Origin: Candidatus Saccharimonadota bacterium
GTDB lineage: Bacteria; Patescibacteriota; Saccharimonadia; Saccharimonadales; Saccharimonadaceae
DNA: 64,000 nucleotides
Direction: 5' to 3'
Assembly (NCBI GenBank): GCA_030531645.1
Contig: JAUNNB010000002.1
Coordinates: 8,988-72,987 of the forward strand
Part shown: positions 56,777-64,000 of the stretch, one piece after another
How the letters are laid out: every line of letters starts with the position of its first letter
Position numbering within the stretch: the stretch's first letter is position 1
Made by a program: the position numbers and the translations under genes
Notes under the pieces: model-generated
The model's input: only the letters and a program-made list of their open reading frames with translations
The model's database searches: none
Told to the model about the DNA's origin: nothing

Positions 56777-56896
56777 AAAATAAGCCGAAATGCTATCACG
56801 GGGCCGTTCCTTCGAGCCCATCGTTATGGGTCTCAGTCACTGTTATTTCGCCCGTCGCGAAATGACTCCCCTTAGATAGTATTTCAGGCTTATTTT
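56777..56896 (+). ncRNA. Candidate 120-nt multibranch structured RNA 3' of khpA
   Basis: About 21-bp basal stem (56777-97/56875-96), GGGG/CCCC helix and two internal hairpins. Confidence 0.5.
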
Positions 56897-57427
56897 TTAT
56901 TCAAAGTCGTGGTTGACCTTTTCTATCTTGGTCATCACCCAGTCGTAATCTTCTTGTTTGAAGGTGGTACGGCAGAATTTGCAGAGGCCAGAGTTATTAG
57001 TTTCTAAGCTTTGACCGCACGTAGGGCATTTGGTGATAATGCCACGCTTCTTTGCGTCCTTACTCTTAGTAAATTCCAAGGAATATGTATCTACGGCACG
57101 ATAGTTGTCCTGACCTGATATAATTTTGTGTTCGTTTAGATCTAGGATATAGTCTAGATAGCGTGCTACAAGGGTGACTTTGGCCACATAATTCTCGCCG
57201 ACTTCATCAATACCATCTAAATGGCAGGATTTTACATTGAGCTCATCATACATTTGCCTTTGGTTCTTTTGTTTTAAATCCTCGACATTATTCACGAACT
57301 TGCTGTAAACTTCATCTGACATGAAGTGCTCTACTTCGCTCATCTTATCTAGCATTACTGCCGTATAAGTTTTTACGAAGATATTGCTGATGTTTGCGAT
57401 AAATGCAGTTTCGTCAAAGTTTTCCAT
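56897..57427 (-). CDS. TIM44-like domain protein with C-terminal zinc ribbon
   Basis: FDETAF..., EHFMSDEVY, CPTCG..CKFC and DWVMTKI motifs. Confidence 0.75.
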   Translation of the reverse strand: MENFDETAFIANISNIFVKTYTAVMLDKMSEVEHFMSDEVYSKFVNNVEDLKQKNQRQMYDELNVKSCHLDGIDEVGENYVAKVTLVARYLDYILDLNEHKIISGQDNYRAVDTYSLEFTKSKDAKKRGIITKCPTCGQSLETNNSGLCKFCRTTFKQEDYDWVMTKIEKVNHDFE

Positions 57428-57434
57428 TGTACTC

Positions 57435-58289
57435 CTAATTGGTCTTAGTTTTCTCTGTTAGAACGAATTCTTTAGATGTCTTTACGATGGTAGCGCGGCA
57501 GAATTCACAGGTTGATGTGGCACTATCTTTTACCTTTGCACCACAGTTAGGGCAGGTCTTTGGAGCCTTCTTGGTGGTCTTTGATTCGCAGGTGAACTTC
57601 AAGGTGTAGGCGTTCATCATCCAAGTGCTCTTGTTGCCACGGATTACCTTATTGGTGCCGGCATCGATGACATAATCCTTAAATTTGACGTAGAGGAAGA
57701 CATCCACGGTGGCTACGCCGTCAATTTCACGAACGCCTGTAACCTTGCAATCGAGCTTAGTGAAGTCATGCATTACGTTTTTGCCGTTCTTGAGCTTTAG
57801 AACATCAAGATCTGCAATGTAACTATTGGCAAGTTCGTTAGAGCAGAGTTTCTTCAAGGCGTCGTAGTCAAATTCCATCCAGGCGTTTTGGACATCGACA
57901 AACTTTGTATAGGCCATTTCACGGACAGACTCGAGAGTTTCATCTGGGAAGATTTTCTTGAGTTCTTCTTCGGAGATTTCATTTGGTGAGGCAGGCTTGG
58001 AGGTTATTGAACCTTTCGATGAAAGTACTATTACGATGATGACTATGACGAAGATAATCACTACCCCTGCTATGACACCTGCATCTTCAGATGAACCGCC
58101 GCTTCCGCTACTGTGTGAATGTGACGAGGAGGAAGAAGACCATGAAGATGAGGAGGAGGACGAATGCGACGAGCTACCGCCGGAGCTATAGCTAGAACTC
58201 CAGCCGGAGTCGGCGCCCACTCTAGGTCCTGCGATAACGGCGCAAGCTAAAACAAATAATGCAATCAAACTATAGTATAACTTCTTCAA
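57435..58289 (-). CDS. Membrane-anchored TIM44-like domain protein with Ser/Gly linker and zinc ribbon
   Basis: Signal/TM, poly-Ser, second TM, VQNAWMEFDYDALKKL and CPNCGA..CEFC motifs. Confidence 0.8.
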   Translation of the reverse strand: MKKLYYSLIALFVLACAVIAGPRVGADSGWSSSYSSGGSSSHSSSSSSSWSSSSSSHSHSSGSGGSSEDAGVIAGVVIIFVIVIIVIVLSSKGSITSKPASPNEISEEELKKIFPDETLESVREMAYTKFVDVQNAWMEFDYDALKKLCSNELANSYIADLDVLKLKNGKNVMHDFTKLDCKVTGVREIDGVATVDVFLYVKFKDYVIDAGTNKVIRGNKSTWMMNAYTLKFTCESKTTKKAPKTCPNCGAKVKDSATSTCEFCRATIVKTSKEFVLTEKTKTN

Positions 58290-58578
58290 AATGACCTCCT
58301 ATTTATTCAAGTATATCAAACTCTTGGCGAAATAGCCACAACCAAAAATCCACCTCTCTCATGGTGGATTGTCAGACATATATAAGGCTCTCAACCTATT
58401 TATATAGATTTCTCGCAGTTAGAGTCTCCCCTAAACTGGTTCTATTTTAGCATAACAATTTTAAAAATACAAGACTTTTTGATAAAAACATGAGCGTAAT
58501 TGACTTTTTTAGCAAAATATACTATAATGTAAGTATTAGGTACTCACGTTGTATATTTCAGTAATGGAGGGATTGCTT

Positions 58579-59085
58579 ATGACAGATAACAGAGAAATAC
58601 TGTTTGAAGCTATTGAGAATTCAGCTAATGAGCTTGACGCAAAATATGACCAAGTTGAGTCACTCAGGGCTAAGTTGGAGGTAGCCACTCGTGAATACGA
58701 AGATGCAAAAAATAATCTAAAAATTTGCCTACTGAAGCTTGACGAGCAAGATTACGAGGAGGTTGACGAAAAGTTATCGAGAAGAGCAGCGTATGTGCTC
58801 TCTGATATTAAGATCTTGGGCAAGGATATGATTATGCCGGATGATACGCCACTTGAATACACTGCGCTGAGAGGTCGGTGTTGCAATATGCTGAAAAGAG
58901 TGGGCGTGTACACGGTCGGTGGTCTGGTGGAATATGCAGAACATCCAACTAGTGGCGGTTATCTATACAACATCAGAGGTATCGGACCAGATACATTCAA
59001 TCGAATTATCAAATTCTTGACTAAACATACGAATTGTAAAAACGTCCAAGAACAGATCTTATATAAACAGCAATACCATCGTTAA
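58579..59085 (+). CDS. Coiled-coil protein with RNA polymerase alpha-CTD-like C-terminal domain
   Basis: LRGRCCNMLKRVGVYTVGGL...IRGIGP resembles the alpha-CTD L.VR..NCLK.AGI.TV.DL...N.G pattern; GGAGG RBS. Confidence 0.65.
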   Translation: MTDNREILFEAIENSANELDAKYDQVESLRAKLEVATREYEDAKNNLKICLLKLDEQDYEEVDEKLSRRAAYVLSDIKILGKDMIMPDDTPLEYTALRGRCCNMLKRVGVYTVGGLVEYAEHPTSGGYLYNIRGIGPDTFNRIIKFLTKHTNCKNVQEQILYKQQYHR

Positions 59086-59129
59086 CCACGAAAATGACCC
59101 CTATATAGGGGCCTTTTTCATGATTTATT

Positions 59130-59537
59130 TTACTCAGCGGCCGGAGTTTCTTCAGCTGGTGCTTCGGCAGGAGCTTCGGTTGCAGGTGCTTCCTCGGCTG
59201 GGGCTTCAGCAGGAGCTTCTTCCTTTGGCTGGTTCTTGCGAAGCTTGTCGGCGTGTTTTGCCTTAGACTGCTTTGCAGGAGCTTCTTTGTACCAAGCTGG
59301 AAGCTTGATGCCGTTCTTCTTGAAGATAAAGGCGACACGGCTAGAAGGCTGAGCACCGTTCTTCAAATAGAATTCAATTTTTTCTTTATCCAAGACAGTT
59401 TTCTTGGTGTCTGGGTTATAGTTGCCGACCTCAGCCACAACGCGCCCAGAAAGAGGGTGACGCTGGGATTCTTGGACGACTATCCTGTACGTAGGGTAAT
59501 GCGTACGGCCATTACGTTGCATGCGAATCGCGAGCAT
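59130..59537 (-). CDS. rpsP: 30S ribosomal protein S16
   Basis: MLAIRMQR.G, YRIVV and GAQPS motifs; EAPAE-repeat tail. Confidence 0.96.
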   Translation of the reverse strand: MLAIRMQRNGRTHYPTYRIVVQESQRHPLSGRVVAEVGNYNPDTKKTVLDKEKIEFYLKNGAQPSSRVAFIFKKNGIKLPAWYKEAPAKQSKAKHADKLRKNQPKEEAPAEAPAEEAPATEAPAEAPAEETPAAE

Positions 59538-59634
59538 TGTTTCTCCTTAAATTATTAACTAGCTTATTATAGCACAGATCGACGGACTTTTCAAGTCTTA
59601 AGGCAATAACAAAGGCCCCCGGAGGGGCCTTTGT

Positions 59635-60324
59635 CTAGATGATGGAACGCTTGAATCTGAGTTCTATTTCACTCATACTGAGCGGGAAAGGCTCCACGGC
59701 GTGCTTTATCTTATATTCGTGGTTCAATTCCTTCATAACCTTGTCAACGTGTTTCCGGAAGAAATCCCTCCTGGCTGTGCAGTTGCGAACTCTGTCAGTG
59801 AAGTCCTTGATGATGTCTTCAAACTGCGAAGTTTCGACACCTTCCAAGCCGGGAATCTGGCTCGCGTAATACTGCATCATCCGGAGTTCATTCTCCATTT
59901 TGAGTTTGTATCCGTTGACAACGTTGCTGGCATTACCATAGCTTCCGCCGTGATACTTCTGAAACGCATATTCAGCTGCTCTGACGGGATTCTCCCGTGC
60001 CGTGCCATAGATAGCGCCATTATTCTTGCCATACTTACCAGAGAAGACCAGGAATTTGTCCAGAGATTCGTAATACATTTTAATGTTATATACTTTCTCA
60101 ATCTCCTTGTTCGCTTCAGCTTGCGCTTCTTCGGTAATGACGATCTTGGGCTGCTCTATCTTCGGCTCAGAACCACCGTTGAAAGCCCAATCTTGGAATT
60201 TCTGGATTTCTCTCTCCCAGTGGTGAGCTTCTTCTTCATTGCCATCGTAGATAGCGTCTTTGCGCTTCTCTTCAAGCATCATTTCCATGTCATCTTGTTC
60301 AGTTGTGTAGGTGCTATTGCTCAT
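59635..60324 (-). CDS. Hypothetical protein (229 aa)
   Basis: TTGACA-17-TATAAT promoter, AAGGGGG RBS, terminator at about 59611-59633. Confidence 0.7.
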   Translation of the reverse strand: MSNSTYTTEQDDMEMMLEEKRKDAIYDGNEEEAHHWEREIQKFQDWAFNGGSEPKIEQPKIVITEEAQAEANKEIEKVYNIKMYYESLDKFLVFSGKYGKNNGAIYGTARENPVRAAEYAFQKYHGGSYGNASNVVNGYKLKMENELRMMQYYASQIPGLEGVETSQFEDIIKDFTDRVRNCTARRDFFRKHVDKVMKELNHEYKIKHAVEPFPLSMSEIELRFKRSII

Positions 60325-60470
60325 ACTATACCCCCTTGTGCAATTGATTTTGTAACACTATTGTTACTGCTTCCATTATAGCACACTTTGTCTATTTTGT
60401 CAAGATATAACAGGGGTGGGACACTAAAAGGGACGCCCGAAAAGGCGCCCTTTGATACAAGTTAAAGTGT

Positions 60471-61823
60471 TTAGTCGATATGGATTCCCCTGTGTTCATC
60501 ACCCTCCTGATTTTGGCCGAATTCGGTCGATTCGCCAGGCAAGATGATATTCATGAGAATACCTGCAATTGCACCGAAAGCCAACGCGGTGATCGTGATA
60601 GTAGTAGAACCGATAGGAATAGGAATTCCGCCAATCTTATCAACGGCCAGAGAGCCAAAGAAAACGATAATCGTGATGATAAGGTTGCGGGTATTGTCGT
60701 AATCTACCTTGTTCTTAATCAGGTTCTTTACACCGATGATGGAGATCATACCGTAGAGCATAAGACTGATACCGCCAACATTTGCGGCGGGCACGCTACA
60801 GATGAGTGCATCAAACTTCGGACAAAAGCTGAGAATGATTGCAAATACAGCTGATAAGCGGATAACGAAGGGGTCGAAGACTTTGGTGATGGTCAGGACA
60901 CCGGTGTTTTCGCCGTAGCTTGTGTTTGCGGGTGCGCCGATTAATCCGGCAAAGATGGTGGCGATACCGTCACCGAGCAATGTTCTGTGGAGACCGGGGT
61001 CTCTCAGATAGTCCTTACCTGTTGTGGCGCTGACTGCTGATGCATCGCCGATATGCTCCATACAGGTTGCGATTGAAATAAAGAAGATAGCGAAGAACGC
61101 CTTGGCGAATTTTGCACTAAAATCAATCGCGAACAAGCCCATATTAGCCGTGTGGACGGGCAGTCCAATCCAAGCCGCCTCTTTGATTCCTGTGGTATCA
61201 ACTACACCCATTGCGAGCGCAACGATGTAAGAGATGATAAGTCCAATGAGGATGGGCATCTTTTTGACTAAGCCTTTACCCCAGATGTTGATAATCACAA
61301 CCGCGCCAAAGGTAATCAGCGCGAGCGGCCAGTTAGTCTCGCAATTATTAACTGCGGACGGCATTAGGATAATACCAATAGCCATAACCATAGGTGCTGT
61401 CACGTACGGCGGGAAGAATTTCATAACGCGCTCAATCGTAAAGATACTGATTAAAATACTGAGAGCGACGTAAACTAATCCCGAAAATGCAATGGCTGCG
61501 CAGGCGTAGGGGAGGTTTTCGAGCTGAGTTCCTCCCTCTGTCACGGCAAGGATACCGCCGATATAGGCAAAAGATGAACCGAGGAACATGGGAACCTTCC
61601 GTTTGGTGATACCGTGGAAGATTAATGTTCCAAAACCTGCTCCGAAGAGCGCTGTTGAAATACTGAGGCCCGTAAGAAGTGGTACAAGGACTGTTGCGCC
61701 CATGAAGGCAAACACATGCTGAAATGCGAGCATCACAGTTTGGGGAACCCCAAGCTCTTTGCGGGCATCCCAGATGGGTTGCGAGTCTCCAGGTCGCGTT
61801 TTAGGACTTTTGTTTACACTCAT
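60471..61823 (-). CDS. NCS2-family uracil/xanthine permease (UraA/PyrP-like)
   Basis: QHVFAFMGATVLVP, FLGSSF, EHIGD and TSYGENTG motifs; multiple TMs. Confidence 0.92.
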   Translation of the reverse strand: MSVNKSPKTRPGDSQPIWDARKELGVPQTVMLAFQHVFAFMGATVLVPLLTGLSISTALFGAGFGTLIFHGITKRKVPMFLGSSFAYIGGILAVTEGGTQLENLPYACAAIAFSGLVYVALSILISIFTIERVMKFFPPYVTAPMVMAIGIILMPSAVNNCETNWPLALITFGAVVIINIWGKGLVKKMPILIGLIISYIVALAMGVVDTTGIKEAAWIGLPVHTANMGLFAIDFSAKFAKAFFAIFFISIATCMEHIGDASAVSATTGKDYLRDPGLHRTLLGDGIATIFAGLIGAPANTSYGENTGVLTITKVFDPFVIRLSAVFAIILSFCPKFDALICSVPAANVGGISLMLYGMISIIGVKNLIKNKVDYDNTRNLIITIIVFFGSLAVDKIGGIPIPIGSTTITITALAFGAIAGILMNIILPGESTEFGQNQEGDEHRGIHID

Positions 61824-61995
61824 AGTAAACACCTCACTTTCTGATAATTTTCTCTGTTCTGACTTGTCGACAAGCTAGAGCAAAACAGCAAATCTAGCTT
61901 GAGAGATTATAGCAAAACGGCTTATGATAGGCAAGCATAAGCATTTTGAGATAAAAAGAGCGCCCGGCGTGATACCGGGCACATCTTTTAGTGTC

Positions 61996-64000
61996 TTAAG
62001 CGACAATATTAATCAAATTGGCGCGTGGTGGAATGATGACTTTCTTTGGCTCACCAGAGACATATTTCTTGACATTTTCATCTGCTAGGGCGAGTTTCTC
62101 GAGCTTATCCTTGTCTTCGAGATCTGTCTTTGCGACCTGAAGTTTGGCACGGAGTTTGCCGTTGACCTGAACTACGAGTTCTACAGTGTCAGATTCGAGA
62201 GCTTTTTCATCCCAAGTTGGCCATTCATCGTCTGCCTTCAACGATTCAAGCATTTCGCAAGCGAGATGTGGGGCAAATGGCTTCAAGAGCTTGGCAAGGA
62301 CGATTAAGTCTTCCTCGGACTTGCCGTTTTTATAGAGGCCGTTGACATATTCCATCAGGCCGGCGACTGCAGTATTGAAGCCTGCGCGGCGCATATCTTC
62401 GGTAACTTTCTTGATGGTGGCGTTGCGAATCTGGATATTGGTCTTGGCATCGGCAGATTTCACTTCGTCGGTGAAGACGAGGGTCCAACAGCGGTTGAGG
62501 AAGCGGTAAACACCACCAATAGCCTTGGTGCTCCAAGCTGCATCTTCATCATATGGACCAATGAAGAGTTCATAGGTACGGAGGGTGTCGGCGCCATAGC
62601 CAGAGTCGATTACATCGAGAGGGTCAATGACGTTGCCCTTAGATTTACTCATTTTCTTGCCATCAGGGGCGTTGATGTAGCCGTTGTAGAGAAGTTTCTT
62701 GATAGGCTCACGGAAATTGAGGTAGCCCTCATCAGCGAAGAACTTACACCAGAAGCGGACATAGAGGAGGTGCGCCACAGCGTGGTCGCCACCACAGTAG
62801 ACATCGAGAGGTGCCCAGTAATCAATAGCATCTGGATTCCAGGCGTGTTCATCATCGTGTGGTGAAACATAGCGCCAGAGATACCAGCTAGAGCAGGCAT
62901 AGCCATCGAGGGTATCGGTTTCGCGGGTCATTTCTTCGCCATCAATTTCTACTTTGAGCCAATCTTTGGCCTTGGCAAGAGCACTGCGGCCAGTACTATC
63001 AGGCTTATAGTCTGTGACTTTTGGATGCATCACAGGGAGTTGATCTTCTGGAATGGCGTGTGGATTGCCGTCCTTATCGTAAGCGATAGGGATTGGACAG
63101 CCCCAATAGCGCTGGCGAGAGATGAGCCAGTCACGCATCTTGTAGGTGACTTTCTTTGCACCGATTCCCTGTTCTTCGAGCCACGCAACGATTTGTTCGC
63201 GAGCATCATAGGAATCAACACCGTTGAATTTGCCAGAATTGACGAGCTTACCTTCGCCATGATAGCAAATCTTATCACCATCGATATTTTCGCCGGAGCT
63301 CATAGAGACAGCATCAACATCGTCATTGGTCTCTGGTTTTTCGATAACTTCGATAATAGGTAAATCAAATTTCTGGGCGAATTCATAGTCGCGTTCATCG
63401 TGAGCTGGGACAGCCATAATGGCACCTTCGCCGTAGCCAAAGAGGACATAATCCGCAACCCAGATAGGCATTTTCTCGTCGGTGGCTGGATTAATAGCGT
63501 ATGCGCCGGTGAACACGCCGGTCTTCTCTTTGTTCTCTTGGCGTTCAATTTCAGACTTTTTGATGGCATTTTTGATGTATTCGTCGACTTTAGCCTTGGT
63601 AGTTTCGGTACAAATCTTGGCAACGATAGGGTGCTCTGGAGCGAGGACGAGGAAGGTTGCACCAAAGATAGTATCTGGGCGAGTGGTATAAACACGGATT
63701 TTATCCTTAGAACCATCAATATTAAAGTCGATATTAGCACCTTCACTGCGGCCAATCCAGTTTTTCTGGGCGGTCTTAATCTTTTCTGGCCAGTCGAGGC
63801 TGTCGAGGTCAGCAAGGAGTTCGTCTGCATAATCTGTAATCTTGAAGAACCACTGCTTCATTTTCTTTTTTTCAACTTCGGTGCCACAGCGCCAGCAATG
63901 ACCGTTTTCGACCTGTTCGTTAGCAAGAACGGTTTGGTCTACAGGACACCACCACTGGTAGCTTTCCTTCTGATAGGCAAGACCCTTCTTGAAGAGTTGC
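61996..64000 (-). CDS. leuS: Leucine--tRNA ligase (5' end outside the window)
   Basis: WCPVDQTVLANEQV, VYTTRPDTIFG editing domain, WLISRQRYWG and KMSKS motifs; frame open to the window edge. Confidence 0.96.
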   Translation of the reverse strand, partial: QLFKKGLAYQKESYQWWCPVDQTVLANEQVENGHCWRCGTEVEKKKMKQWFFKITDYADELLADLDSLDWPEKIKTAQKNWIGRSEGANIDFNIDGSKDKIRVYTTRPDTIFGATFLVLAPEHPIVAKICTETTKAKVDEYIKNAIKKSEIERQENKEKTGVFTGAYAINPATDEKMPIWVADYVLFGYGEGAIMAVPAHDERDYEFAQKFDLPIIEVIEKPETNDDVDAVSMSSGENIDGDKICYHGEGKLVNSGKFNGVDSYDAREQIVAWLEEQGIGAKKVTYKMRDWLISRQRYWGCPIPIAYDKDGNPHAIPEDQLPVMHPKVTDYKPDSTGRSALAKAKDWLKVEIDGEEMTRETDTLDGYACSSWYLWRYVSPHDDEHAWNPDAIDYWAPLDVYCGGDHAVAHLLYVRFWCKFFADEGYLNFREPIKKLLYNGYINAPDGKKMSKSKGNVIDPLDVIDSGYGADTLRTYELFIGPYDEDAAWSTKAIGGVYRFLNRCWTLVFTDEVKSADAKTNIQIRNATIKKVTEDMRRAGFNTAVAGLMEYVNGLYKNGKSEEDLIVLAKLLKPFAPHLACEMLESLKADDEWPTWDEKALESDTVELVVQVNGKLRAKLQVAKTDLEDKDKLEKLALADENVKKYVSGEPKKVIIPPRANLINIVA

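Noticed and set aside
56777-56896. TPP-riboswitch-like GGGGAG...CTGAGA on the minus strand
   Set aside because: The pyrophosphate-sensing half (GAACCUGAU...) is missing, and the element lies 3' of both flanking genes.
56860-58440. AGGGGAG on both sides of the TIM44 operon as possible element ends
   Set aside because: Only 7 bp are shared, with no extended repeat, target duplication or recombinase.
29055-59537. Low-complexity tails on S5 (PAAKK), L17, S16 (EAPAE) and KhpA
   Set aside because: Charged extensions are common on ribosomal proteins of many lineages; there is no sign of a separate repeat system.
1-64000. CRISPR array, rRNA, IS/transposase, integron attC array
   Set aside because: No regularly spaced direct repeats, rRNA signatures, transposase/integrase motifs or repeated attC cores were seen by eye; most intergenic inverted repeats are ordinary terminators.

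Overview
Chromosomal segment of a Patescibacteria (CPR) genome, most likely Candidatus Saccharibacteria, using standard code 11. The assignment rests on the absence of rpmD/L30 from the spc block, an RNA polymerase beta-prime subunit lacking its zinc ligands, and the rpmF-nusB-NUDIX-rnc and rpoBC context. From left to right: (1) the edge of a probable prophage (SSB-like, YqaJ exonuclease and annealing-protein genes), bounded by a broken tRNA 5' half followed by an intact tRNA-Lys(CTT); (2) a CIRCE-controlled clpC-hyp-clpP-hrcA-grpE-adk-grx-hydrolase-dnaJ operon; (3) an AT-rich islet with an HTH-Panacea plus RelE-like toxin-antitoxin pair and two divergently promoted structured RNA candidates; (4) ackA, sortases, tRNA-Thr, holB-like, rluA, an orphan purC, tRNA-Gln and glgP; (5) the S10-spc-alpha ribosomal cluster, with rpsJ absent from its head and a ~7 kb interruption between rpsH and rplF that contains a relocated secY; (6) two SLH-like secreted paralogs, rpoC, rpoB, rnc, NUDIX, nusB, rpmF, khpA with a 120-nt structured 3' RNA, two TIM44-like genes, an orphan alpha-CTD-like protein, rpsP, an NCS2 permease and a partial leuS. 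No rRNA, CRISPR array, integrase or transposase was seen. All calls come from reading motifs by eye; no database searches were run.
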